64,000 nucleotides of DNA from the NCBI GenBank assembly GCA_002633005.1, contig NMRA01000064.1:377977-441976 (forward strand), read 5' to 3'. Under the pieces are notes generated by a model. It was not told where the DNA came from, did not search any database, and saw nothing but the letters and a program-made list of their open reading frames with translations. Positions 51,634 through 64,000 of this stretch are shown here, piece after piece. Within the stretch, counting starts at the first letter, position 1. Each line of letters opens with the position of its first letter. The translations under genes and the position numbers were made by a program. Source of the stretch: Phoronis australis (Eukaryota > Animalia > Phoronida).

Positions 51634-54600
51634 TATATGCCCAGCGATGTCTCGTTTCTTTCTGTTCTCTGGTTAAGTCTTTAATAGCGTTAAAATCCAC
51701 ACGGGAAGTCGCGATATTTCCACTTCTTTCTCCTCGCTTACTCACCCCTTACTGCTTAGAACTATTTTCACATATATTCGTGTGCGCGATAAGTAAACAA
51801 AACTTTTTCGAAAACAAACATTCAAGTGAAACCTTCTTCATATTTAGAAACTATTTTTGCATTAAAATTATAATATTTTACATTTTTGAAATAAAGACTG
51901 CTGTTTTTTATTCGTTATTTCGTGCGAGGAAACATTTATCTAAGTACTTTTTGTTTCGCGGAAGGGAAATTACCTAATGAGGAGCCATAAGTGCGATCAT
52001 CCGGATGTAACTGTGACGTCAGCGATGAGTGGCTGAGGACAAAGTTTCAAAATATTTGACCTATCAAGTGAATAAGACCACGAAATGAGAAACAATATTG
52101 CCGGATATCCACTTTTGTGTCGAGGACCTTTTCTGCATTCGTGTCAGAGGCGACATTTTGATCAGAGTAATAACCAAAACGTGACGTGAAACGGGAAAAT
52201 ATGACAATAGTTAACTGCCTTGTTTCCTTTTCTAAGTTTCACTATCATCAATGGTTTTTAACTACACGCGCGTCTCGCGGACATGTAAAGTTATGAAGAT
52301 CGTTCCGTTACCCCAACCACAAAAAATGGACTTTTGTCCCCGGTTATAGCGTTAGTATTATGTCTATAGCAGTTATATTTGAGTTCGTGTATTTCTTCGT
52401 CTTCTGCTAAGCTGATGCCAGGCAAGTGATTTGTTAGATCAAATTTAAACTTTGATATGATTAAATACACTAAAATGTAAACCCTGACCATTGGCAAGCC
52501 AAATTCATTGTTCATAGAGAATGTGTCCAAAACATTTTGCGGACTCGTAGAAACTTTTAATCATTTGTTTTTGAAATGTGAGCGTGTACTTTCTTTTTGG
52601 AATAAATAACAAACTTGGATTTCAAACGCCGTTGGAGATAATCTGTTACTGGCTGAAAACCGTGTCCTGCTATTTGCATACTTTGGAGATCATGGCTACG
52701 AAATTAATCACATATTAACGTTAGCTCAGTACTTTATATATACTTGTTCGAAGTCTTCATGTATTCCTGTACTTCAGAGATTTCACTCAATTTTATTTGA
52801 CACTGTCAAGACATGGAAAAGTATGAAATCTAGAGAATTACCCCCTGACCTGCTGGGATTTTTTGAAACCCTTATACATTCAGTATAAATTCAAGCAGAT
52901 CTGGAATGCGTGAATGTGAGAGGGAATGTGTTTGTGTTTGTTTTCTTTTCTATTGTATTCCATTGTTAATTTCAGTTTATAAACTTGTTAAAAAGAAGAG
53001 AATGTGTAAATTAATAGAGAAAAGGCAAAGGAAAATAAAATAAATCCTCGCCCAACCGATCATATAATTTATTTATGTGTGACTCCTCAACTTTATTAGA
53101 TATTTAAAAGAATTATTTTGTCAGTCGTGAATACGTCACTGCATTGAAAATGACTTAGAGGGCCTTGACAATACAACATTTCACCTGCCGATCTACACAT
53201 CTTAGAGCAATGAGGGAAGGACGAGGGTAAATATATTGTATTTTTAGGCGACCTAATGGCGGGAAAGTCGTGGTCTCCAGCGAATGGCATGCATTAAGGA
53301 GTAAAGATTTTGTCCAACACAGAGACATTCGAGATTCGACCACGAATTCCACGAATGATACCTTCCCTCCTACCTGTCGGTAGTCTGTGATGCTTTTGAG
53401 CACCAAGTTTGTATTTATGGACATTCAAAAACGCTGACAGATAATGTAGTCTCTGTTAAGTGTATCACACGAGCACCTGTGATCAGTTTACTGAAACACT
53501 CCTGATAGGGACTCAACTATGTTCTATAAAACTTCAAGTCATTTGTTGACTTTTTTATGCTTTCCATGAGCTCCTCTTTTACTCGTAATTTTTTTTTTTT
53601 TTTAAATATTTCATGTATGTGCATAAGTGTTATAAGTAATGCCAAATTCCATTCCAATTCCTTAAGATATTAGACAGAGACTTTGCATCCAATGAAGTTT
53701 TTATTAAAAAGTGGTGACTTAGATGAATACCGGATATTTTGGAGAAACTGGTTGAACATGACCTTTCCCCCGATTACACCGGACGCAATATATGCGGGAG
53801 AATGTGTCGTGAGTGTGTCCAGGTTTATTCTTGAATTTATGCGACTTGTATTAATAAAATGCTTATAAACATATATACATATATTTCAATTATAGGCAGT
53901 TTACTTAGTTTATTAGTTTATTTCTTTGTAGTTCAAAATGTCTAAATATACACTACACTACAAAGACTTACGTATTTACGTTGTCTCTTCTGATAATAGC
54001 TGCTAATGAATACTTATCTAAATTTAAATTAGCACACTCCAACAGGACATTTTCATCATCTTGAAAGCTCTTCTAAATCGTAGAATGAAAATTAATAGGG
54101 TCTAAGTCCTTAAATTAGGTGCATTACATGAAAAGGTTCCCACATCGGAAATTGATACGTACAATTAAGTCTCGCTGTGTATTAAATCTACAATTTGTCT
54201 TAGTATTGATCATCATAACAATCAGTGCTTGTTTTCCAGGTGAATTGAACATTGAGGAAACGTAGTCAACTCCATCTCTGGAACTGCTTAATGCAAACGG
54301 CCACATTATAGTTTCCTGTCTGTCTGTACCTTCGTAAGACACTTCATGAAACGTTCAGCTGACCTGTGCTTCCTGTCAAAGATTTTTCTATTCAAGCGAC
54401 TTATCGTTATGCAATCAATGTCAAGGAACTGTGACTTCTGGGCCCGAGATCTAATGTTTGTTCTCGAAATCGAACTCGCAGTTATTGTTTTTTGACATTT
54501 TCCGTTCTAATCTAATTCGAACGCCAAGAGCAGTGTCTAATTCTGTCACGGCTTGAGCATGTTATGGTTTACGTGTATGATAGTCTACTGAATTCTAGTT

Positions 54601-54911
54601 TGCACTTGATGACCCACAAATAAAGCTACAAGTTCGATTCTGAGCTCGAAAGAATTTTCACTCTCGAGTTTATAGCACAAATATAGGGGTCATCAATCGC
54701 GAACTTGCCAATGGACTAAAACTCAACTGAGTAAATCACCATGTACCCGAGCACACATATATGGTAATAGAAAATGTCAAAAACAAAGATTAGACCTCAG
54801 ACCATCACTTTTATACGAAATGTCACTGTCAGAACACAAAACACTGGGAAATGCATTATACGCAGATTCACTTCCAAAGGGTGTATCACCCAAAACAGGG
54901 CTCATAGGGAT

Positions 54912-55153
54912 CATGCGCGCAATCAGGTGGGGGGCTCGGGGTGGGGCTCGAACGAGTCTTCCCATTTGGCGAAGTGGGCAAAAAGGTCCGCCTCAGAGAA
55001 ACATAAACTACAAAAAAGTAGAAAACGAGACAGAAGTCCACTAAAAAGGCAGGAGTGCTTAATTCATAGATCTGAACGTACCCCGTAAAACTTCAGTAAA
55101 AGGTCCACATTTCAAAAATTCGAACCCCCATTTTTAGGCTGGGTGCGAGCATG
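54912..55153. mobile_element. Small MITE-like element (catgcgcgcaatcag...ctgggtgcgagcatg)
   Basis: Imperfect 15-bp terminal inversion with G-rich and C-rich subterminal tracts and repeated aaaaggtcc motifs. Confidence 0.5.
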
Positions 55154-56234
55154 GGGGCCCTGAAAGTTTGCAAAACATGTGGCAGTTCTATTGTCAATAA
55201 ACACTTTAGCACTCGCTGCGAAAAGAGGCGCAATGTTGTATCGTCGTTTATCTACAGTGTGTCAAGCCCCGCACCTTGGAGGAACTCTAAGTCGCAATCA
55301 GGAAAAAGTGGAAGGCATAAATGCAAACAATCCGGAAAGTGTTTCAATTTGGAAAGGTGCACAGAGTTGTGCTCAGTGGTCATGAGGGACGTTTCCAGCA
55401 TCTACAGTGCTTGAATTCCTAATTGTAAGACTTAGTCTCTATCTTGTCAGCTCAACTAGGCAATCTGTATAGGCATTACGTCACGCCTAATCGTGCTTCC
55501 TTCAATTAAATGCAACGAGCGGCGGGAAAGCCGCTCACGAACGCCGCGGAAAACTCTAGCATTAAAACGTCCAATATGAGCATGAACTCATGAAAAACGA
55601 AAAACGACAGTTTGCAAAATTCTTGAAGAGAAATAAGCATAAGTAAGGCCTGTTTCGATAGAATCATCCCACGCTCTCCATTTACTGTGTAAGCAAATGC
55701 GAGAGCGTCACGTGACAGTGTAAACCACTACCTGTCACTTCCAGAACCATGATTGTGTGTTTTTTTTAAACTAAATTGTGTATGATTATGGCAATGGAAT
55801 ATCCACCTCGTAACCCTCATACAAATTGCATAAGAACGGGGGCGGCCACCTATTATTCGCGTATGAATTTTTGTGGTCAACATTATATCGTCAGGTGGCA
55901 CTCGTTTGCGATACCTGCTGAATGCCGTTGTAGGTCAAGCAAAGAAATGCAAAGGTCAGGCTCCATGGAGACACGTAAACAAGTGAGTGACGCCATGCTT
56001 CAATGTTATGATTTGTGTTTGTGCACAACGCATTGATTTACCCAGTGGATTACACTGATTAACAAGTTTGGAGACACTTCCCACTGCTGTCTTGTATTTA
56101 CTTACACCACTAAATAAGAAAGAACTTGGTTATTGCGAACGAGGACGTGGTGAATTTGTGGAAACAACAGTTTAATACTGTTTTACTCTGAAGCGTCATT
56201 ACGAGTTCATTCATTCATTCACGTCGCCTCAAGA

Positions 56235-57107
56235 ATGACGGACTTTGCAACGAAAATTCATCACAAATATCCCGGACAGTTGACACCGGTGGCACAGATA
56301 GGACGAACAGGCGTGCGAGGTGAGGATTTACAGTGGCCATGGTTTATTGACGTTAGTAACACGGGAGATATTGCCGTAGCAGATACAGACAATTGCCGGG
56401 TGCAGGTGTTCGGAGCCCATACCAACCAATGCTTGTTTCCTCCGTTTGGAGGACAGGGGACTGGCAAAGGACAGTTCCAGCGTCCTCGAAGTATTAAGTA
56501 CTGTCCCATTCTCGGAACGCATTTTGCTGTGGCGGATACAGGAAACAGGCGCATTGTTCTGTTGAGAATTAATTTCAAAGTTGGATGTCTGGAGTACGTT
56601 AGCGATTTTGGACAGACAATGTTCCGCGAACCAACTGACATTGCATTCAACTGGCGCGCTGGGCATATCTTCGTTGTTGACACGAGTTTGAACAGAGTAA
56701 CCATTCACGAACAAGACGGAGCCTTTGTGGATCAACTGCGTCCTGACACACCATTCAACCAACCAACGGGAATTGCTGTCGACGCCAAAGGTACCGTTTA
56801 CGTCACCGATACCGGAAATAATTGCATCAAAATGTTTCAGCAAAACGGTGATTTCATTGGACAGATTGGGAGTTTCGGAAGCGACGTCGGACAATTCAAC
56901 AGACCTAAGGGAATATGTGTTGATAGGCGCGGATACATCTTCGTAGCGGATGAGTGCAACAACCGTGTTATCATGTTCTCGCCAGACCTTCGCCAAAGTT
57001 CTGAAGTGGTCAGCAATGTTTCCTTGCCAAAGGGTGTCGCATCCCACTTGAAACTCGTTGTATCTTGTGGAGATCCGTATTCGCACATCAAAATATTCAA
57101 TCACTGA
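56235..57107 (+). CDS. Intronless NHL-repeat protein (six-bladed beta-propeller), 290 aa
   Basis: This is the longest ORF in the window. It has six NHL-type repeats: LQWPWFIDV..VADTDNCRVQVF, FQRPRSI..VADTGNRRIVLL, FREPTDIAF..VVDTSLNRVTIH, FNQPTGIAVD..VTDTGNNCIKMF, FNRPKGICVD..VADECNNRVIMF and VSLPKGVA..HIKIF. There is an in-frame upstream TGA at 56151 and AATAAA at 57266-57271. Confidence 0.92.
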   Translation: MTDFATKIHHKYPGQLTPVAQIGRTGVRGEDLQWPWFIDVSNTGDIAVADTDNCRVQVFGAHTNQCLFPPFGGQGTGKGQFQRPRSIKYCPILGTHFAVADTGNRRIVLLRINFKVGCLEYVSDFGQTMFREPTDIAFNWRAGHIFVVDTSLNRVTIHEQDGAFVDQLRPDTPFNQPTGIAVDAKGTVYVTDTGNNCIKMFQQNGDFIGQIGSFGSDVGQFNRPKGICVDRRGYIFVADECNNRVIMFSPDLRQSSEVVSNVSLPKGVASHLKLVVSCGDPYSHIKIFNH

Positions 57108-58330
57108 AAGCTCACTTGTTATGAGCTGACGTTTAGTGAAGGTCTAATTGAACGTTGCCAAACGAAGTGTCAACTTCTGTCAGTAATCTATATTGAAACT
57201 GAAATAATAATTGTATGTGAATTTAAACGTTTGCACCGTGTTCGTATAGCTGTAAGACAGTTTTAAATAAAAGCAATTCAAATTAAAAGAGCTGTCGTTG
57301 TTTACTTCACAGATTCCCGCCATTTCTGTCAGGGAAGCCACCTTATCCACAACAAAGCCCTAAACGCTGCATTAATAAATGTACCAACTATATTATACAT
57401 CTCTCGGGTTAAACAGATTCAGGGTTTAAAAAATATCAGAATTGTGGCACAATTAGATATGCGCAATTTTCATTTAAGATTTGTAGAATGTAGACGGAAG
57501 GGTATTGTACGTGGGTTGAGACACAGTCCCTTGTGTAATTTAAACTCTGTGGAAACAGAAAGTCTTTGTTCACTATTCTGTATGCAGTATATTGCGGAAA
57601 TAAGACATTCAAAATTGATTTACATTCGATGAAGAGAGCTGTGTAAGGATTACGATGACTAAAATTTTAGATATTTTTTGAAATGTGTGCAATTACTTTA
57701 CAAAAGCATGAGAACGGCGAAATGCTCCAAAGAGAGACTAGTGTACGCACCAATGAAACGTTTGCGAGTGTGATTTCCCGTTGATCTCCACCCCCAAGAG
57801 CGTGAGATCGCATCCGTGAAAACCCCTCAGTTGCTGCAACCATCTCAGGAAAGACAAAGTTGACAATAACTTGTATGTAAGAAGCAGACACAGCGACGCC
57901 AAGGCTACGCATAAAACCTGACAAAATACCTATTTACTGAGTTTTGACATTCACTGTAAATTGTTGGTAAACCTGCAGGCCTACTGCAATAGACAGGCAA
58001 TTTATATTTTCCTTTGGCGCCTTGTCAGTCGCACTTAGTGCCAATCGTGGAATCGAAAATTACGCGACTTGCACCGGCGAAAAATATCTTCTCATTGCAA
58101 CAACATTCTGTATCAACCAGCGTCATATGACAATGTAAACGCATTCTCATTCAGATTACAGGCCTGTGTCAGTAACACGTTAGAACACGAGCATAGACAG
58201 TTAATTCCCAACTAACTCAATTTTCATGAATGTCCATCAAGGATAGGCAGGCACAGGCGGAAGAAGGAAGTCACTCCAACGCACCGGGGAGTGACGCTCC
58301 AGGGTAGAGTTCAGAAATGGCAGGGTCAAC

Positions 58331-58425
58331 CGTAGGACCTCGCTAAAATCTAGCCAAAATCAGGAAATATCTCACTAAATCTCGCCAAGTCATGTTTTTT
58401 AGCGAGGTCCTAGCGTTGCTAAACG
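58331..58425. mobile_element. Small palindromic MITE family C, copy 2
   Basis: taggacctcgctaaaa ... ttttagcgaggtccta, with the internal aatatctcac..aatctcgc.aagtc shared with 50908-51048. Confidence 0.7.
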
Positions 58426-58578
58426 TTAGCTTGGGCTAGGGTGAAACCACCACGTACAGTCCACGACCAGGGTGACACAATCACGCCATCATTCCCACAG
58501 AAAACCTAATGGAACGAAGTCTTTCTGGTTTCCATTTGAGGACACAAAGGTGAGATAGTCATGATCATAGGTATAACA

Positions 58579-58718
58579 TAGAGGCGGATCCAGGATTTTA
58601 AGTTAGGGGGGCCAGGATTTTGCCTGTCAAACATTTACACCCACGAACTGCCAAATGGAATCTGGGAGAATTTTAAGAGGAGGGGGAATGGCGCTTTTCC
58701 CCCCTAAATCCGCCACTG
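58579..58718 (+). mobile_element. MITE family B copy (ggcggatccaggatttt...aaatccgccactg)
   Basis: Inverted termini ggcggat/atccgcc; the interior matches the reverse complement of 14798-14906. A related end (aactcaaaattctcagggatccgcccctg) occurs at ~60590-60619. Confidence 0.7.
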
Positions 58719-61379
58719 TAAAAAACAACCATCGCCACAACCGTAATAATAGTACTGAACCACACCCAATTGTGATATACCGAGACTATTAAAACAGTAA
58801 TTGCTATTGTTCGGGAGATTGATTTTTCACAATGATCAGTGTTTTTTTTTCAGAAAAATTAAAATTGAACCCCACGCACGTACGAAGTCGTACAGGACGA
58901 CATGTGAAAACTAAACTATGTTCAGTTCTAATTTCGGATCTCGCTGCACCGAATTTGTTAACGACGAGACCTCATTCAAGAATAACAGCGCAACGCGTGT
59001 CTGCTTGCTATCAAAATAGCGTTATAATTTCACGACTTGGGGGCGAGTTCATATTTAATTATGCTAAAATTGGAAAATTGATAATAATACCGGTCTCAAA
59101 GAAATCATAAATTGGAACACCATGAACAAATTAACTTGTGGCTTGTTGCTATGGAAACGACCTTATGCAATTGGTTATCTGAAGATTTCACAGGCGGAGA
59201 CGAATTAGTTAGTAACCTCTGGTCGCTAAATGCATAGCTCGCGTATGAAATGACTATCCAATTAAAGTTTTCAAGACATTTCGAATACCGATGTTTTTGA
59301 AAGAATCACATTTTAGCGAAAGCACACGATATTCACCAACTATAAGCCCACAACGCATCACGCCGAGTGTGCGACGAATGATAATAAGGGGTTGGCGGAA
59401 ATCCAAATTAGGGATCGTGTCAGCTGGGTGTGTATGTGCGGTGGGCTTAACGAAATACACGGATTTACACAATTTTACAAACAACTTTTAAAAAACAAAA
59501 ACGCGATAAGGATGACGCCATTACCGGTAATTGTAAGGGCTCGTTAATACTTTTGTCATCACCATCTGCAAAAATCTTTTTAATAAGTAAACTAGGTCAA
59601 ACGGAGTTGACACAAACTTCCAACCGGTGAATCTTCTATTCCAGTTCAGTGAAGCAAAACTAATTCCATTTGGTCCGTGGTTCCATCATCTGTAAAAGGA
59701 CGGTCCCCGATTAAACAGCGGCACTATGGCGAATCTCGCGGTATTTTACCCGCGGCACCTATACTGTAATCAATGAGTTATGTTTATCTCATTGACTGTA
59801 ATATTCCTGAAACAGTTTCGTTTCACGCAATGGGAGTTTGTTATTTTGTGGCATCTTGCTGTTTTCACCGACATTTTGCTCGACTGCATTAACTGTATTC
59901 GACCTTCCAATTACACTAGTTTTACTGGTGTGCCGTGGGCTGCGCGTCTCATCCGCTGAACCTCAGAGTCACTCGACTTGACTGGAGCCGAGTATGGCGT
60001 GGATGAAATATTTTCTTAGCCTGGTCCGGTTGCAGACTTCCCCACCACCATGACAAAAGCGATTTATATCCAGAGTACTGACCTATTAGGACTGTCAACT
60101 TACACTGAAAAGGACAAAACTTTAATCAAAACGAGCACTTCATTGGGCCCATCACTGAAAACTACTGCAGACAGATTATTGTCAGGAAAGTGACAACAAC
60201 GACTTTGTGCGAGTGAAACTTTTTGGAAAGTTTACAACTTTTCCGATAGCTTGTGCACCATATCAGAACTATGCAAGAAAATAAAAATGTGGATCATGTT
60301 GCTGAACTACATATGTTTGACTGTTGGCACATCAGAATAGAATATAAAAAGAATGCATGTCAGTGACGAATTGGGGGGGATACCATTTGGGAGTTCGGGT
60401 GTGCGCAAGCAGGGTCTCGTCGTGGGTTGCACAGGCCCTGAACACTGAAACTGAACAAACCCCGTTTACCGTCACGAGGTCCGCAACCCCGGCAAACATT
60501 CGAGGCCTATGCGTCCCCACATTTTAGGCTTTTAGGCTGGGCGCGCGCATCTGCCGAAATTTTAGTTATTCCCCCGTGCCCTGGCCCCCTAACTCAAAAT
60601 TCTCAGGGATCCGCCCCTGCATGTTGAATGAAATTGAATATACTTTGAAGTATTTGACCTCCACTGCATAGTAATTGTGAGCCCTTGAAGTGGAATAATG
60701 ACAAGTCCGTGAAAAGTCCATGTTGAGAATCAAAATAGTCTAACATGTTGAATGAAATGGACAATTTTCAGCAGGAAAATGCACTTAATGACCCCACTTT
60801 TTGCACCCATTGACCACTTCCGGTGCATAATGAGTCAAAAATAGGATAATAAATAAAATTTATGGATGCCTCAAACATACTTGGAAAGTTTCGAAATTGA
60901 ATGTTGAGTGGTATGAGAGTTATTAAGCTCCAGAAAAGGTCGAAAAGGAAAAACGAGAAGAAAAACGTAAGAACCGGAGAACAATAAGACTGCGCTGGTA
61001 AGCGCTGTTTAACTACAAGTTCCGAAAAGGCCTCAACTTAACTGACAATATTTACATATAAAGGTGACCTACAGTTACAAGTTCCGACATCATTGGCTTA
61101 AATATGAGTGCAAGAATAGATATGTTTGCTTCTCACAAATTGCTAAATGGCAATAGTTCGGATTAGTAAACAAAAATTTCAATTTTTGCATCATCAAGTA
61201 ATTTGTTCTCCATTGAAAGAAAACCACAGTTATGAAATACCAGACCAGAATTTTTTATGAGGTTCTCTACAGTTCCGTGTGATTCTCTCTTGGTTTGCTC
61301 TAGCAGACACATTTTGGGCTTGAAAGCGATAACTAATCAACTAACAGGCGTGGAAATTTTCGGATGTTTATAAACCATC

Positions 61380-61660
61380 GGTGTCATTCACACACAATAG
61401 GCCCTTTGAAATTAAAATATAAGGTCAATGAAAGTAGTTCTTTGTGAACACTGCTTTCAGTCACACAACTGTCCCAGTTTACCTGTGCAAATAAACACTC
61501 AAAGGGTGGAGAGTTACATTTCAAGATAAACACTCATGGTCCTGTCTGAAAAGACATTTGTTTCATTGCCCCAAATGCGTTTTGAATAGCAAAGCCCAGA
61601 ATGAATTTTTCGGTGCCGAAATCATAAAATTATACGCTACATCATGTTCAACAGACAACA
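61380..61660 (+). mobile_element. Dispersed repeat family A, copy 3
   Basis: ggtgtcattcacacacaataggccctttgaaatt...aaggtcaatgaaagt...caactgtcccagt matches the reverse complement of 13030-13142. The right boundary is approximate. Confidence 0.6.
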
Positions 61661-63195
61661 TGTCAGAAGTCAGTGCATTTTTCAAGGTACTATCTGAATA
61701 AACTGGAATTAAAAATATCTCAAAGTTGACATTCCTGTGAAAAGGTTTTCAAATTTAATTATGTAGTTCCTGCAATTACATGATTTCTAACCCAAACAAG
61801 ACAATCAAAAACGTGGTCATGTTATGTGACCTAATAACTGCTAGTAGGGGCAAAAACCTTTTTATACGTATGTATTTATTAGGTCAAATTACGGGACATT
61901 TTGAGTGTGACAGTGTATTGAATATATTTATCCACAGCTAAGCAGCTTTGTCTTATCAACAGGGACCAGATAAGTCAGAAAATGCAACTTCTCATAACAA
62001 CCAGATGACTATTTGATAATCACAAAAACAGGATGACTATTTGATAATCACAAAAACATCTAAAAGGACAAACTATTTGAGGATGCACTGTGTAGAATTG
62101 TTTTGATATGTTTACCTGGTTATCCAAACACCAGCCAAAGTCCCAGAATGAGAGGTCATGACCTAAAAATGACTCATTACATTTTTTCAAATGCAACAAA
62201 TTCAGCTTCAAAAAGAAACTTGTCTAGTTCAGTTTTCATGTCTGGATTTATTTCAAAACCATGTACATATAAACAATATTTTATAAAAACTGACATAGTT
62301 CATTGCACTAATGAAATGCCAAAGCACAAAACATAATAAATAATGACTTGAACATTACGTCCAGCAAACTAATTAGTTTCATCAGAAATAATCACCATCA
62401 AGCACATGTTCCAACACCTGATCAAGCAGTCGGAGTTGAACACGTTTTACTTTACAAAGTCAATACTGTAGGATACTTAAAGCACAAATGTGTAAATTTT
62501 ACAGAATTGGCCAGGCATGAGAGCTCAGGCTTAATGATTTGGGAACATTTCTATCTGTTAATGCAAATTAGCTCAATTTTTTTTTTAACCATTCATTGTA
62601 ATAAATTCAATTGGCAATAAGAGAATGTCATTTATACTGAAACCAATATGATCTTGAAAAAAAAATTACGATTTGAACGCATTTTGAAAACTTTGAAATC
62701 CTTTCATTGAAGTAATATGGAGAACGTTTCCGGAGGCTCAAAAAATCTGCAACTTCAAAGTGAAATACAAAGTGTGGGAACAAAAATATTGTCTATGAGA
62801 ATAATCCTGGACACAGTTCAAAAGAAAAACTAAACATGTTAACTTGCCTGATTTCAGAACTTTTGTCTCACACGTCATAAAATAACACTTGTCACTGAAG
62901 CACATACAAGTCCCAACATAATGACAATACCTATGCATTGCATTTCACTGTTTCCCACGCACACAAATGGTAACTTTTCATTGTCAAAAGGACACATGTC
63001 ATAAATTTCCCAATTACAAGCTAGATCAAGATGTGCTCAGATTTGTTTCTGTAATAAACCACATATGCTGCTCTTGTTGTATCGTTTGATCCTCCATTAA
63101 CACCAATCACCCCCCCCCCTTGAAGTTTTAGAATTGTTTGGAATGTTATGAAATAAGTTAAAGTATCAGTTCTGCTTAAGCCAGTCAACCAAACA

Positions 63196-63966
63196 TCAGT
63201 CCGCTGCTCCTTCAACATCAGGGATTCCTGCTTCTTTATCTCGCCCCTTTCTTTCTGCTTCAATTAGTTTATTCAGTTCATCTGTCCTTTTCTTGTCAAT
63301 AACTTCCATTTCGCGAATTTTCTAAAAACAAAAATAGAGACAAATGAGGCTACAGCAAATGTAGCGTGGAAACGGAAAGACTCTCCCACACAAATCTGAT
63401 GCGATTTTCAGCAGGGAAATATCTGTGACAGACCAGTAACTTTACCTTAACTCAGTCAAGCACTGCATGTTAGAAGAGACCTTTTGCCACAAGAGACTAG
63501 AAGCTTTAAAATAGTCGCCACTCCGTTCACCTGATGGATTTTTGTAACTTAAAAATAACAATAAACTTTACACTGGTAGATCTAGAATGTCATGATGAGG
63601 ACACACAGTTTTCAAAGGACAAACATAATGGATAACACTAAAAATAACATACCCATTAAAAACATCTCCAATTAAGTGAATGATCCCCAGCACAGCAGTT
63701 TTCATCACTAGCTATAACAACATCAGGCTTTGTGTTTTTTATCTGATAATTCATGTTAGTACTTAATGTCAGAAGTAACTTTGTATTTCTTCAACAGATC
63801 ACAACAATCAAACTTGATCGATTCCTCATTTTTGTCAACTCTGTGCAACGTGCAAGGTGTCCTACCTGTGAGATCTCAGTATCTATGATAGGCCTGTACT
63901 GCTTGCCTTTACCCAGTTGTTCCATCTCGTTCAGAAACTGTTGTCGTTCTTCCACTTCCTGTTGTA
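63196..63966 (-). CDS. C22orf23: UPF0193 protein EVG1 (C22orf23) homolog, last two exons 63866-63966 and 63196-63321
   Basis: The spliced translation QQEVEERQQFLNEMEQLGKGKQYRPIIDTEISQ|KIREMEVIDKKRTDELNKLIEAERKGRDKEAGIPDVEGAAD* resembles the recalled EVG1 C-terminus ([40 protein letters not shown]). Splice sites are canonical, and the gene continues beyond the window. Confidence 0.85.
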
Positions 63967-64000
63967 CTGTAAACCAGAACACGATTATGCAAACACGTAC

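Noticed and set aside
56261-57104. Long antisense ORFs (258 aa, 147 aa) overlapping the NHL gene
   Set aside because: Shadow frames of a GC-richer coding region with no recognisable motifs.

Overview
Intron-rich, AT-rich animal genomic DNA, not a prokaryotic window. The gene set and MITE-like repeats suggest a marine invertebrate, possibly a deuterostome (inference). Reading splice sites by hand gives five protein-coding loci. (1) The last four coding exons of GET4 (+, 624-3159). (2) A ~1108-aa, 20-coding-exon OFCC1/ojoplano-like membrane protein (-, 6344-22194). (3) An 8-exon, ~333-aa syndecan (-, 28283-51633). (4) An intronless six-bladed NHL-repeat protein (+, 56235-57107). (5) The last two exons of a UPF0193/EVG1 (C22orf23)-like gene (-, 63196-63966). 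Most short ORFs in the supplied track are spurious or antisense shadows of these exons. The most notable feature is that the syndecan ectodomain contains a phase-1/phase-1, two-exon SEA-like module with a GSVVV motif, placed directly after the acidic Ser-Gly glycosaminoglycan cluster. Other points of interest are tandem duplications seeded at OFCC1 splice donors, a fold-back element enclosing a tRNA-like core downstream of GET4, many MITEs and minisatellites, and several duplications joined by a single N that look like haplotype assembly artefacts. All gene names come from recalled family motifs; no searches were run.
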